A stretch of DNA of 64,000 nt from Bispira polyomma (GCA_965649765.1 OZ287749.1:76694001-76758000), one strand, 5' to 3'; positions 24,219 through 38,880 are shown, counted from the first letter of the stretch. Notes: generated by a model from the sequence alone, not told the origin. Translations and numbers: made by a program.

Positions 24219-24410
24219 CTGATGTCCCATTCTGGTCAGCCTGTGTAGTTTGGTCTCGCCCGTCTCCCTACATGTGAACACGCCCTTCAGCTCTGCTATT
24301 AACTCCGGGTCCACAAAGGCCTCCGGGAAGCCGGATTCTGGATCCATTAGATGCTCTGCGTCTACAGACTCTACAGGCATGCAGTGACTTTCATATTGAT
24401 TGTCATCCAC
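24219..24410 (-). CDS. BCOR: BCOR-like, coding exon 5 (start of ankyrin region)
   Basis: cctag|GTG ... CAG|gtgaga; ends TGETKLHRLTRMGHQ. Confidence 0.88.
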
Positions 24411-25289
24411 CTAGGATATTATTATATATATATTAAATATTATACCTCATTATACCTCAGCAGACAAGCCAAAGATTTCATTGGCACAGAAGTGGTCACA
24501 TGATCTGTATTATTCCAAAGGAGAGAGTTTTTGCTGTCAAAGTTAAAGCCAACTATATGAAACAAAGGGTCTAATTTTTAAATTTTGGTCTCAATTAATT
24601 TTGATTGGCTAAATATATTGTTTCAAAGAATCCAACTGGCTGAGACTAAGAAAATTTTAAGCATTGCATTGTAAGAATGTTTGTAAATACAGCCCTTGGT
24701 TTGTGACGTCATGAATATGTATATATTATGATATTGGCTGTGATTCTAGTGTAACAAGCTCATTATGGCGTGGCTCTGATGTGTTACTGTAATTACTGTA
24801 ACACGAGTTAAAAATGCCGATTTTATCAAGAAAAATTCTTATACAGTAAAATGTGTATATAAAGACGACCCAAAGGAACCCTAAATTTGGCCTTTATTTG
24901 CAGATGGTCTATATATATAGAGAGAGAGAGATTAAATATTATTAAACAAAAAAAGATGACGTGAAACCTTAAAGAGGACAAGCTTGCCTAAAAAGGTAGG
25001 ACATAGGCTTAATCTGAATGTGCTTAGGGTTGTCTGCTTACAGATAGCAGTACTAAGCTTGTTCTATACACTAGGAATTGTATAATAGGTAAAACAATGA
25101 CTACCATCCATCTTTTTAGGACGATACTTTGAGACTGAGATTATAATTCCTGTAGTCAAGTTACTGACCTTGATAAGTGACGTTGAGTTTTAAGTACCAA
25201 TATTTTTGGAATTTACTGGTTGGCATATTTGAGTTACATGACAAATTTGATATCTTCCTTGAAGTGATAATAATGCAGTCAACACCCAC

Positions 25290-25408
25290 CTCACCCATAC
25301 AGAGTTGATAATTGACGGGTACATAAACAAAGGGCTTTCTCTTCTTATACCAGCGGCGACGTCTGCGACGCTTCAATCTACGCCTGTGAAAGCCTGAATC
25401 TTCTTCAT
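25290..25408 (-). CDS. BCOR: BCOR-like, coding exon 4 (basic, NLS-like)
   Basis: tttgtag|AT ... GAG|gtgggt; phases fit both neighbours; RRRLKRRRRRRWYKKRK. Confidence 0.78.
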
Positions 25409-25929
25409 CTACAAACAGAAGGATAAATGTACAGTAAATGAGACAGTTGACATTCTTTATGTCGGATTCTACCAGTACATACATGTAACATGTTTTATGT
25501 AACAGTTTTAATTCCTTAATGATTTTTATATACAGGTAACAGTCAACCCCTTTAAATAGAACTCTGTTAAGTCGGCTTCCCTTTTCTATGGGGTAAAATC
25601 TGTGGTCTTACAATGGACTTTAGTTTCAAAATTGACCATGTTAAGTGGAAATCCTGCTTAGGTCGAGCTATTTATCATGGTCCCTTGAGGTTTACCTCAA
25701 ACGGGCTCAACTGTAGTACTAAAGCTACCTGACAAATAGCAAGTTTTGCTATTTTTAAACAGTAGGAAGGATTTGTAAATATAATTTTCTTTAGAAAAAA
25801 TTGTCCCCATTTACTTATTATATAGCCTAATTAGGCTTGCAAATTGCACACAGGAAAACTGAGAAAACAGAAAACTAAATTTAGCAAAACCGTATAATTC
25901 AATTACAAAGTCATTAGTCTAGTTGACAT

Positions 25930-26115
25930 ATTAGAACCTCTATTATATGAACTCCTGTTATCCGAGTATTTTATTTTATGAACAGATTTGCACTCTTCAT
26001 AAGTCATGTCACCTATTGTTTTAAACTAAAATGCCTATTCTATTTGATGACCCTTCTATTATACAAAGAAACTAATGCTCATCCAATATGTTTGGAAAAT
26101 AGAGGTTCTATTGTA
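25930..26115. mobile_element. Tc1/mariner(pogo)-type MITE (TIR CAGTAGAACCTC), representative copy
   Basis: agaacctctattat...aatagaggttctattgta; related copies at ~646-820, 26870-27076, 28660-28840, 37225-37413, 41378-41520, 61990-62185. Confidence 0.65.
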
Positions 26116-27127
26116 GTACTGTCTTTAAGCTCAAAAAAGAAGAAATTGCCCATTTACACAGTTGTTCATATCATTTTTTTATATAATGTTTGATGTTCAC
26201 CAGTTCTTCATAGTTTAAATTAATCTATCTTCCTCAAATACACTGAAGTTCATACACAACTCAACAGAGGGGAAGTTAGAAGTACTACAATAGTATTTAT
26301 CTTATTGATTTCAATTGACACCACCTTAACCAGCTTTCTGGTAGAAGACAAGAATACGACATACAAATTGCACTCACAAGTGAATATTTGATGCGTATTC
26401 AGAGGTAAAAATAGTCCATAGCGACTTGGCCAAATTTCTAAAATTGTGATGTCCTGAATTAATTGTTTATTACACATGGTCAGTACTACTGAAATTTAGA
26501 AGCAAAATAAAAGTAAATCATGCTTATCAATGGAAGAAGTATGTATATATCTTTATCTAAATATTAAGGTTTAACTAACGAGTCTAATCATCGAAAATAA
26601 CTTTTGTGAACTTCCATATTTTAGCAATGGTGGATCAGTTTAGTTTGTGTTTAACATTGCTTTGAACAGGCAGTTCACTGGTGGAGGAAATCAGGATAGG
26701 GTAGTTGGTCATGATGTTTTTACTCCACAAACTACCACCATTCAGCCAGTATACTACAAACTTTGTCACAAACACACTACTAGGGCCTGAGATTTGAACC
26801 CAGGACGGCCAAATGTGGGAGGCTGAGCGTGTTATCACCACACCATTTATCACTGAGCAACGGCGGGATCCCTGGGGATTCCATATACAGAGGAGCCTCT
26901 ATTATCCCACCCTCTATCATCCGAATATTCGATTTTACAAATTTAATTTCAAGCTCCAAAACTTATTTTTTGCTATTTCTTTATACTAAAATGCCACTTC
27001 TATTTTACGGACCTTCTCTTATCTGAACAAATTCTTACTCTCCTAAGATGTCCGTAAAATGGAGGTTCTACTGTATTAGGGCAGGCCTGATAGCCAGGAC
27101 CTGGCAACAACCTACCTGCAAACGTAC

Positions 27128-27556
27128 CAGTCTCTAGTTGGTCATCAACCAGCACCTTGCGTACTATTCTCTTCAACTTCAGACCGGTATGCAACCGTTG
27201 TCTGCCGTCCATCGGTTGACTCTCCACTTCGTACTGGATTTCTTCTTCCTGTCCAGCACCACCAGTGGTAGTATACAGACTCCCATCACCATGGTTACCG
27301 CTGTATCCTGCCCCACCCTGCCAGCTGTTTTCACTGCTACCAAACTTGTTATAACTGTCCTCATCGAGATATTCGAAGCCTTCACCATAGTTACCGCAGC
27401 CCGCGTCACTCTGCGGACTGGAGTCGCTGCGTACTGACTTTCTGGCCTGCCGCTTGGCTTTCAATACCAGACGGCGCTCCTCGTCGCGCAGGAGCTCTTG
27501 TTCGTACTTAGCGTTTTTGTTGTAAGTGATCAACTGAGAACAGCGCTCTCTATTGG
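27128..27556 (-). CDS. BCOR: BCOR-like, coding exon 3
   Basis: ttttcag|CC ... G|gtacgt, phase 1-1; GC-richer coding-like ORF 27000..27533. Confidence 0.78.
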
Positions 27557-29365
27557 CTGAAAATACACCAAAAACAACTTACATTAATTATACAGTAAAG
27601 TGATAATGCAGTGTATATAAGTCGACTGTCCCAATATCCACAGGATTTGATTCTATTTGTCGCTAATTTCTAAAGTTCTATCTCATACACACAGCAAGTA
27701 ACTCCAGAATTTCCTGACATACGGAATGCATATCACTTAGTTTGAGGAGAGTTGTTGCTTAGTGTAATTTGTTTTTTGTAGTGGAGTGTGTAAACAGTTT
27801 GTGCAACTTTGTGTGTGTGTGTGTGTGTGTTGCTTTGGTGTATATACCTATACACCAGGTATTATTGATGTATGTTAAGAGTGGTTCTAGTTATAGAGAC
27901 ATTTGAATTAGACTGGTTCTAGTTACAGCTAGAGAGTCTACTGTATCAACAAATAGTTAAATTCAAAACTTTTATACATGATTAGTGGTCTAGTGGTGTC
28001 ATCGCCAGTGTATATTGCGGATTGGTGTCGTGGAGTGGACCGTGAGCAATATCGTCATTGAAGCACATGGATTTTGAAAGTAAAATATTTGGCTAGGCTT
28101 CTTAATAAATATATCCCCGACCACAGTTTTTATAAGTTACAGTCACATAAATTAAATTAACTTATACCTGTAACACTAATTGGTGTTTATGTAGAAGATC
28201 ACCTAAAATATATTGTAGTTTAAATATGTGAGAGAAGTATATCTGCGTATACACGTGATATATTAATACTCATATATATATTATTCAAAAATCATACACT
28301 AATATATGTTCCTGAGTCAAAGATCAAAGCCATTTTCGGAAAGTTTCATTGATTGCTTCCTTCCAAAATAGATGTCGGATCCTCGATGGTATATAAGATA
28401 TGTATATTTGTTAACTTCCAAGGTATATAGATATATGATAAAATATATATTGCAAAATATTTTACCTTTCGATCCATGTGCTTCAAATGTATATATACTC
28501 GCATGTCTTCATTTAATTTTTGGAAAGAAGCAATTAACAGAAATAGCTATATTTATTTGTGAAAGATGCATAGCGGATATTTGTAATCTCCCGATTATCA
28601 CCATGGCACATCATCACTGGTGAATGTGCTCAATCGTTGCTGTGATGACACCACTAGAGTGGACCTCTATTATCTGAACTTGTATTATCAGAGTAATTCA
28701 TTTGATGAACTCATCTAATATACTCATTTACAAAATTCTCTATTTTCCCATTGTGTTGAACAAAAATGATCATTAACCTTCTATTAACTAAACAAATTCT
28801 AGTTATCATCACATGTGCGCATAATGTAGGTTTTACTGTAATTTTTACTAGTTTCTAATCATAATGATTCATAAAGTGCCGTCAAACAATGAAATTTGCT
28901 GATGCAAGACAGAGTAATAAGATTACCACTAGTTACCACTAGTTACTGGCCCCAGTTCTCTTTTATGCAAGTTATTGAAATACCATAGATCCAGAAAATT
29001 ACACTAAGTCCCACCAAAAAAAAAAATGCTTTTCAAAATCATTAAGACAAAGACTACACCTTGAGAGGATATTATAAGTAGAATATTTACTGCCCTTCAT
29101 AAACATACAAAAGCTGTACACAAAGACCCCATAAATAGAATACAGAGAGACATAAATGAATAGAACTATAAAACTAAACTCATGTTAAACCTACACCTTA
29201 CACAAAATAACACAATTAGGAAAATTATCTTATTATCTAGTTTAATTAACTTTTATATATTATTTATTATTTTATTTAACCTTACACAAAAAGGTACTTG
29301 TGACTTTTCTTTATGGGACAATTGATACTTTGTATTTCTTCCTTTCCTTATCTAGTTAAATACAG

Positions 29366-31888
29366 TTTTATATATGTTGTATTGAAAGTATACATGTATA
29401 CATTCAATGGCTTAACTGTTGAATGTGTACATTCCACAGGCTAGTCATTGAATGTGTACATTCAATAGCTGACATCCATGGAATGTATATGTCACAGGCC
29501 AAATTAAAATCCAGGCGGATTTTAAATCCGCCTAGGCGAGATTAGAATTTTGATCTCGCCTAGGCGGAATCAAAATTTTAATCTCGCCTAGGTGGATTTT
29601 AAATCCACTTAGACCAAATTAAAATTTTGATTTCGCCTAGGCGGAATTAAAATTCTCAAGTTTGTCTTTTAGAATTTTAATCTTGCCTAGGCGGATTTAA
29701 AATCTGCCTAGACCAAATTAAAATTTTGATTTCGCCTAGGCGGATTTAAAATCCGCCTAGGCGAGATTAAAATAGGGGAAATTAAAATTTTAGATTGAGG
29801 CAAATTTTAATTATTTCATTTATGTATGCAGTAAAAGTATGGATAACAACCTTAAAATTGAACTTATTTTATTTCTTTTTAAAGCATTTTCCATTCATGG
29901 TTCAAAGCATTAATTCATACATGGAATATTATAGTAACTGCATTAATTAAAAGGCTGTATGCCTGGGTAAAATTTAAACTTGACCACACCAATAATTTTT
30001 TGGTTTTGTTTACCCTACACTACATTAAAATCCAATGTTTTTTACTGGCTTAATATGTAATATTAGTGTATTATCAGTGTAATATTTCCTTATTAGGGGT
30101 ACTTTTTGGGTGTCAAAAGGTTTGGAATTGTATTTATTGGTAAAGTACTGAAGTATACAACATATAAGGATTACTGAAATAATTTAAATAATAACATTTA
30201 TATTGTGTCTATTGTTTGTCTGTCTATTATTTGTCTTACCTATATGACCACCTACTGTTTATTGTCATTAATTTGTTTAGCAATTGTCTTTGTCTCAGTA
30301 CTTCCCCTGATTTCTTCACTGCCCTGATAGAATGTAAAACACTGTAATTGCAATTGATGTTTGCAGTGAAAAATCACATGCCTCCCAAAGGGTTAAATAT
30401 ATAATCATTTATGCCTTTTCAAAAACTTCACAGTGGTAATCCCCAAAGATTTTCTTGGTGCACTGCTCTTTTATATGTGCTCAGGAATGAATTGGTGGCA
30501 CTTGGTAGTATCTGAATTAATGTTTTAAACCATGAATGAAAAGTGCTTTATACAGAAATGATGTTAATAATTAATGTAATTACTATATTCCATGTATGAA
30601 TTAATGTTTTAAACCATGAATGCAAAGTGCTTTATTAAGAAATAAAATGAGTTCAATTTTAAGGCTGTTATCCATACTTTTACTGCATACATAAATGAAA
30701 TCATTGAAATTTCCCCCAATCTGAAATTTTAATTCCCCCTATTTTAATATCGCCTAGGCGGATTTAAAATCTGCCTAGGCGAAATCAAAATTTCAATTTG
30801 GTCTAGGCAGATTTTAAATCCGCCTAGGCGAGATTAAAATTTTATTAGACAAACTTGGAAATTTTAATTCCGCCTGGGCAAAATCAAAATTTTAATTTGG
30901 TCTAGGCGGATTTTAAATCCGCCTAGGCAAGATTAAAATTTTGATTCCGCCTAGGCGAGATTAGAATTTTAATCTCGCCTGGGCGGATTTAAAATCCGCC
31001 TGGATTTTAATTTGGCCTGTGACATATACATTCGATGAGTATATTGTGGAGAGTGTACATTCAACAGTCCAGGTCATGGAATGTAGATAAAATTTAATAA
31101 TGTTAATATTTTAATATGTACAAATCAGTTTGATTCATGGAATGTAGATAAAATTTAATAATGATAATATTTCAATATGTATAATTTAGTTTGATTCCAT
31201 TCTTTAATCATATCTGTATTGTTAATCCTTACTTAAAATAAGGTATTGCTTTTAATGGATTAGTATATCAAGGGGGTAAATTGGTCTTTTATTTATACTC
31301 AGGCCTTACCCAACTACAGATTATATTAGTGATCTCTTTAATCACCTAACTGTAAAGGTGGGGTTGTTGCTTTGATCTTAATAGCAATTAAATGGAATAC
31401 TATATCAAGGGGGTAAGTAGCTCTTTTATTTATACTCAGGCCTTACCCAACTACAGATTATATTGGTAATCTCTTTAAGCACCTAACTGTAAAAGTGTGG
31501 GTGTTGCTTTGATCTTAATAGCAATTAAGTGGATTACTATATCAAGGGTAGAAATAGGTCTTTTATATTTGTGATCTCTTTAATCATATTAATGAACTCC
31601 TTTAAGATGACAAAATATATTCTGGTTTTTAGACAAATGTTTTTCTTTTAATATGTGTTTGCTTTCTTTAATTTTTATGCACATTTGTCTTTGTACTCCA
31701 CATTCAATGACTCAGCCCATGGAGAGTCTACATTCAATAGTTGGTACTATTGAATGTATACTCTCCACAGATAAATCATTGAATGTACACATTCCACAGT
31801 TAAGCCATTGAATGTACACATTCAATAGTTGGTGCCATTGAATGTATACATTCAATGGTTATCTACTTTCAATACAACATATATAAAA
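29366..31888. mobile_element. Nested foldback-type non-autonomous DNA element
   Basis: Outer TIR ttttatatatgttgtattgaaagta / tactttcaatacaacatatataaaa. Inner ~470-bp inverted arms (29481-29950 and 30568-31033) built of cgcctaggcg palindromic units. No ORF. Confidence 0.85.
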
Positions 31889-31992
31889 GATCAGACCTCA
31901 ATTCACCCTTTAATGACTGTGGTGAGCTTGTGTCATATACTGCTTAAACTAGTATGTGGCCAGTTAATACACTAATTATATATTATACTTAC

Positions 31993-32182
31993 AGTCACAT
32001 GTGGCAACCTTTGTTTTCCGTTTTCTCTTTTTCTTTGAGATTTTCACCACCAGTTTTGTTGGTCCTGTGAGATTTCCCCTAGAATCCCCCACTATGGGGT
32101 TCACTTCCTGGTTCTCTACTTCCTGCTTGATGTAGCTAGCTACCCTTTTATCCTCATCAGACTGTGTGGCTTTCAACTTTTT
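31993..32182 (-). CDS. BCOR: BCOR-like, coding exon 2
   Basis: ttttcaag|AAA ... T|gtaagt, phase 0-1; K-rich KISKKKRKRK. Confidence 0.75.
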
Positions 32183-33650
32183 CTTGAAAAAACAAAAAGT
32201 ATGACAGGCAAATATATTATATGTCTAGTGAATCTTAATTAATAGTTATATCGATTGATATATTGGCATATTGTCTTATAAATACCCCTAGTAAAACTGG
32301 TATCTCACAACTACAATGGAAAATATAATTTACTACCAAAACAAAGCCAAGTACTGGTCCTTGTGTTTTCATCAGTATTTAAGAAGTTCCTCTTAAATGT
32401 AATTAAACGTAGTGATCAAACACACCAATTGTGTGTTACTTAAAGCATCACACACATAGAGTAGAACTGTTACGCGCCGATTCAACACTAGGCACTGTCT
32501 AGTTAGCATGGGGGTTTAGACTGCAAGCCAATGGACAAGGTTGTCAAGGGGTTAACGTACATACTGCCTGCCACGGTATTATCACCACACAGTGGGCTGG
32601 TGGAGATCGATATCAAAAGTAAAACAACTTCAATATCGGGAGGTAGCAAAAAAAATGTAAAGAAACTGGAATGTATCTCAAAAAAAACAAAAACCTGCCC
32701 AAATAAAATAGAAAGTGAGAACCGCTAAATATGTTTACACGTAAAATGGACTCAAAATGGTCATCACTCATTATTTAAAAGGTATTAACCATAAAATATA
32801 ATTTAAATTGTTGTATAAACGTTCTCCCAAGGTGTAATAAGTGTCTATTATGATATTGATGTGTTGGTATTACACATCAAAATCAGCACGCAAAATCCCA
32901 AACAATAAATATTGCGGATATTGATAAACGATTTACCCACTACCACACAGGCCCTGTATTCTCATCCCCCACAAAACTGTTAAATATTTCACGAAATAGC
33001 TGGAATATTGTACAATTGTATTGGGTGTTTGTTGTACATAAATAGACTTGTAAAAAGACCTAATGACCCAACTAATAAGTAATAACTATACAAAGAAAAA
33101 AACAGGAATTTAGTATCAAATCGGTAGTCTCTGGTGATAATAACTGCACTGGTGATAAAACCTTGGACTAGAAGTTAAGACATAGAAGTTACAAAATGGC
33201 CATATTACTATGATTTACGTCACAGAAACCTGTTTACGTAAGTTAGAAATTGTTTAAAGGGGGCTATATATTAAATACTTATAAAATCATTAATCTATTC
33301 ACATACCTCACCCCACAAAGACACAAATGCATATATGAATCTAAACTTTGCCACAAATGTATAAGAAATTTGCCACTTTCACTTTTTGGGGGGTAATTCT
33401 AAGAAATGTATAAATAGTTATAGGTGTTTTTATTTTTAATGCTTTTAACTTTGTCTATTTTGATTTTTAGCACACTAAAAACTAAGCTTTTTTTCAGTAA
33501 CTTTTCAATGATTTATTTTGAAAAGCTTTTAGGTTTTTTTTCAGCACATGGAAAATTTCAGACTCAGACATGGGGAAAAGGTTTCCCTGCTTGACAATAT
33601 TACATGGCAAGTGCCAGATATTATTGACAAGTAGTAAGTACTAAGTATAG

Positions 33651-35088
33651 AACAAGAAAAGAGCGGCCATGGGCCGCTGACTAGTTTTCTATGCACATAC
33701 CTGAGGCCATGCACATGTCTGAGGCCCAATTTCTGGGCCACATAATCGAGTTTGAGAGTTTATCATGAAACAGTGAAAAAAAGAATGAGAACTGGCCAAA
33801 AAAATTGATTTTGACCAGGGCAATTTTGTCCAAGTTCTATGTTTGAGACAAAAAAAATACTAAAATTTTGACCAGGGCGATTTTGATAAAGTTATGGTTG
33901 GAGATAAAAACTAAAAAATTTGACTATGGCGATATTGTCTAAGTTACAGGCTGGAGACAAATGTATTTTTTTTACATTTTTGACTAGGGTGATTTTGTCC
34001 AAGTTATAGGTTAGAGATAAAAAAAAATTAATTTTGACCAGGGCGTTTTTGTCCAAGTTATAGGTTGGGGACAAACAAAAATTTTGATCAGGGCAATTTT
34101 TGTCCAAGTTATAGTTTGGAGATAAAAACAAAATTGACAAGGATGATTTTGTCCAAGATATACGTTGGAGATAAAACGTTACCAGGGATATTTTGTCCAA
34201 GTTATAGGTTGGACATAAAAAAATTAGACCATGGCAGTTTTGTCCAAGTTAATATGGTTGGAGATAAAAAATTTTGACCATATCGATATTGCCTCAAGTT
34301 ACAGTTTGGAGACAAATTTTTTTTAAATTATGACTAGGGTGATTTTGTCCCAGTTATAGGTTGGGGACAAAATAAAAAATTTGATCAGGACGATTTTGTC
34401 CAAGTTATAGGTTGAAGATAAGAAAAATTTGACCATGGCGATTTTGTGCAAGTTATAGGTTGGAGGCAAAAACAAGTACCCAGCTTTCAAAGGCTTTTGT
34501 CTAAGTTATAGGTTTGAGAAAAAAACAAAAAAATTAATTTTGACCAGGGAAAGTATCCATTTTTAGCGTAATAATAAAAACCGGGGCTTTTTAAAATGTG
34601 TATAAAATTTCGGTTCCCTTGTTGTCGGCTGTATGAAGTCATTTAAAATTTTGAACGATCTCGCTGCAGGAATGTGCTAGAAGATGAGGACACAGCAGAC
34701 TTCCGGAAACGCGCTGAGATTTCCGCTTTCATATCATTTTGAATTATTTTGTAAACATGGATACCAGAACTCGCTTGGACTTTCACCTGAAACTGACGGC
34801 ATAAACATACTTCAAAACGAGGCTATATAAAGCAAGGGATATCCCAACTCTCGTGCTCTCATTAAAAGCCCAATATTTGCGGATTCGTTATTTGAATCGA
34901 TCCCAAAAAAAATCTGTAAGCACAAGAGAATCAATTTAAGATTCTATGCGAATTTCAGGCCATAACTCCTTACCAGTTTCAAGATTTGCTTGTCGACACG
35001 CTTTGTACACTTTCTCTATCTTTTCAAGTCCTGCTATGAACTAGTTTGCATATGCGCAGACTTGCGCAATGTGCAAACTAGTTAATAA
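33651..35088 (-). mobile_element. HINE-like element carrying a ~57-bp satellite array (33805-34550)
   Basis: Terminal hairpin agcggcc-atg-ggccgct followed by actagttt; opposite end aactagtttgca...tgcaaactagtt; ~13 units of ttttgaccagggcgattttgtccaagttataggttggagataaaaa. Confidence 0.7.
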
Positions 35089-35461
35089 TATATCATGGTT
35101 TGTCCTACAATTTTATAGTTCACTCTGCACTCTTGATTTAAGTCATAAGTTACTGTTGGATTACCAACTGTTGCTATGAGTGGAATATAGGTTAATCTTA
35201 AACATTTTCCCTTAGCTTCACAATGCACAAATTATGTATTCGGAAAAGGTCTATTGATGTCTTTTTATCTATACATATATTCTTGTATATATACAAGTCC
35301 TTGTAAAGTTTTAGGGGGACGGTAGATGCACAAATAAACTATAAGCCAACTCATTTCCCTTAAGAATCTACAAACTGTATGTACCAACTAATTTCTAAAT
35401 GCATTTAAGTTATTTTGATGCCAACATAACTTGTTGCTGCCATTTGATGCTGTATACAGTT

Positions 35462-35640
35462 TTTCTTAGGGATGTAATGTTTTTGCCTCTGTCCGTTTGT
35501 TTGTTTATTTTTTTTTTGGTCACCAGGACCACTAGGAAAGGCCAATTAAATGTTGGAAACTGATCCACTATTTTTTTTCTCTAACTTTTCAGTACTGCCT
35601 TTGTGGAGGTATGCCCTCTGTTGAGTTCCCTTCTAGTTAA
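35462..35640 (+). mobile_element. Short degenerate HINE-like element
   Basis: gtccgtttgtttg microsatellite; ends ggaggtatgccctctgttgagttcccttctagtt; reverse-oriented relative at ~23225-23400 (tactcaacagagctcatacctccgcc). Confidence 0.5.
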
Positions 35641-38035
35641 TAGAAGTAATCAGATCAAAAAAAAGACCAAAAAAAGGCCAACTTGTATAGTTGTTTTGTC
35701 ACAGGACTAGACAGGTTCCTATTTTCAGACAAAGCCTAGAGAACCCTGGATTTGCAGAGTTAGCCTTGCTAAAAGCTCACATGTCTCGCAGGTGTTAAAT
35801 AATAATACTATTTCATACAACACAGTATATGTCATGTCCTGTTTTAACATGAAAACCTTGACAGGGAAATATTATGGAAGTCTTGTGAACCACTGAGTGT
35901 ATGTGAAATTTTACCAACTCAAAAAATAATTAAGAAATAGAAGTGTGGTTTATTAATCATTATACGGTGTAAATTGTATTCAAGGCTATGTACAAACTAC
36001 AAAGTGCAATAAACAGTCTGTGCAATTCTAGGAATTGACAGGAAAAGCTGGATCTGTTCTTTTATTTCATTTTAAGCCAACAGTAATTTGCAAAACTGCA
36101 AAACAACCCAATGGATATTTACAGACTCAATTAAAATGAATGAGCAGTTAGTACTGTACCGTTACTCTGTCTTTGCAAAAAAATAAACGAGCCTACTTAG
36201 TTTTTATTGTTAGAAAGATATTATTTTTGAAACCTAACAAGTGATGGATTAGTCAGCAGAAGAGTATTTCATTCATTCGGAAGACTGATGACAATCCAAT
36301 TACATATCACGAGTGCAAGACAAAACTTATTAATTATTTCTGTCATTTCTGTTTTATTTTTCAAAAGTTTCCTAATTATTCAAAAATCATGCTTATACCT
36401 GAACTTTCATAAATTACATTTTGAAGCTCATAATTTTTCATTAACCTAAGGTTGCAAGCAGTGAAAAAGTAGATTTCTTAGTACTTGGTTCAATCTGACC
36501 AAGTAAGAATAAATATATCTCACCATTTAATTAATTATGTTAGAATAATTAAATGTTGATATCTAATCAATTTAAACTGTTTTTTTTTTTTTCAATTGCC
36601 CTCTATTTTGCATACCATTTTAAAATGATTTAAGTGTAAAATCGGTATATATCAGTATATATTTTCCTGGGGACAAACACGATTAGATTAACATCTTAAT
36701 TGTTCACACCTAATTCGACTAAGTAAAACCTTTATTGGATCATTTGAGTGACTGTCACTCAAATGACTCAAAAAAGGTTTTACTGTGAGCTTGTCACTCA
36801 GTGACAAGCTCATGGCATCCAGTCAAGTTATTGTTACCCATAAACAGGTATTCACTATTTAGAGGTAGCACTGTACAATTCACCAGTATCAAAACAGTAT
36901 TCACTAGCAGTGATGGTGTTACTGTATTGGCATGGATATATTTGGCTATAAAAGCCTCTATTACAGTGACGCCTGCCACAAATGTGAACCTGAACTACTC
37001 AAGTGTAATAAGAGACTGCAACCCTGTTTTTCTTCCAAATCCACACAAATAACTGGAAATTAAGAACTTATCACATTAGGGGGCTGGAATAATTGGCAGG
37101 GTGGCGGGGGTAAATAATAGGTTATTGTCCAGTAGGTCCAAAATATGGAGTTTCCAGGACTCAACCATTGCTAAAATGTCGAGTTCCATTAAAATTTAAT
37201 GATTTACATTTAAAACAAGAGTCGAACCTCCATTATCTGAACATTAAATTTTCATACTCTCCCAAAATCAGATTTTTCTATTGTTTTATACTAAAATACC
37301 ACTTCTACTTTATGAACCTTCTGTTATACAAACAAAATCTTTTCCTCCTCCCCCCCCCCCCCCCCCCCCCCCCCTTCCCCACAATATGTTCAGAAAATAG
37401 CGGTTCTACTGTATCATACTTCTTCAGACTATATTAAGTTCTAGTGAGAGAATGCTTTAGTTTTTGTTTGGTTTCTAAACTCTAAACACTGAGTATTTTA
37501 TGACCATACTCAATGGAAGCCTCACTTGCGATTTGCCTGAGTTTAAAGAAATTTTAGGCCAGTATCACAGTTATAATGCATGTGTGTTCATAGAACACAA
37601 CAAAGAGAACAACCACTTGTGTCATAGAAAGGAATAACACCTCCTGAAGACCCAGTAAATACACGGTATAATTAATGTCTTTTCTTTGAAATAGGTACAA
37701 ACCCATTTATTAGTGTGCTAAAGTGTTATTTTACTTCTTCTAATGTGTTCTAGATAAATTGGAAAAATATTTACAATTCTAGGAAAACTACGTCCTGAAA
37801 TTCTTTGCTTGCACACAGTACAAACCTCAGGCCTAGCCTCGCTTTAGCTCTAAATTCAAGTCCTACTAATTTATCCTGACCTGGTATACTCAAAATAAGC
37901 TCATGCTTAAACTCATACTCAACTGAAAGATAGGGCCTGTAATAATCCTTGTACATAGAAATAACAATATATACTTCTGACCATTCTTTTTAATAGAGCT
38001 TTCAGGGGGGGGGGGGGGGGGGGGGGGGAAACAAA

Positions 38036-38880
38036 ACAAGATAAGAATAGAGTGGCCCCTGTGGGCCACATCGTCAGCTGTCATGAAGGGGAGGGGCTGT
38101 ACGTGTGGATAGATAGTTGTTTGTTCGTGTGACAGGATTGAATTGTGGTGTGTAAAGGACTTTTGTTTTGTTAAAGAGTGCGAAGGCAAGATTTTAGTTG
38201 TGTTGTGAAGTGGGATATGAAGTGATGTTGTAGATGGAGATGTAAATGATATTAGCGGATTATGCGGTGAGTGTTTATTGTTTGTCTAAAGATAAGGTTA
38301 ACATGTTATAGTCAGAGAAGGTGCAAGAAATGGTTGAGGGGTGTAGTGGGAGGGGTGAGAAGCATAAGTTGATGAGGGTGACATAGCAAGATGTTGTGGT
38401 AGATTGCTGTTGTGCTTGGAAGGTGACATTCATAGGTTGTAGCAATGTTTGATTTTGTGGTGATTGTATATTGATGTTGAAATCGCCAAGGACAATGTAC
38501 CTGTTAGTATTGTAAGACCGAAGGGGGGTTGTATTTGTTGTGTAAATTTTTTATGTCAGATGTGCTACAGTAATTTGCTACAGTAATTTTACAGTATGAG
38601 AACAAAGACAATTGGAGTAGAAGGTAGTTGTTGTAATTGTACAATCCTGTATTAAAATGTGGGGGTGTTGAAATGATCATGGGACAACGCTATGCATGAA
38701 TTCAGTATATAAATGATTAATCCATGCGGAGGTCTAGTTGTGTGGCGATGATGGGTTTGGTTGTTTCTGATGCATGTAAAATGGTCAATGTAGTATGATT
38801 GTGGGTCGGTAGGTTGAAGTCTGGATTCACATATGGTAATGATGTCAGCATCAGTGGAGATGTTAGAGATGTTAAGTGGC
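38036..38880 (-). mobile_element. Degenerate Helentron-like 3' end: APE-type endonuclease remnant plus terminal hairpin
   Basis: Minus strand translates ADIITICESRLQPTD...RPPHGLIIYI and YIVLGDFNI; hairpin gtggccc-ctgt-gggccac at 38052-38069. Confidence 0.6.

Noticed and set aside
27000-27127. C-terminal part of ORF 27000..27533 as coding
   Set aside because: It lies past a phase-compatible donor and runs into a MITE terminal repeat.
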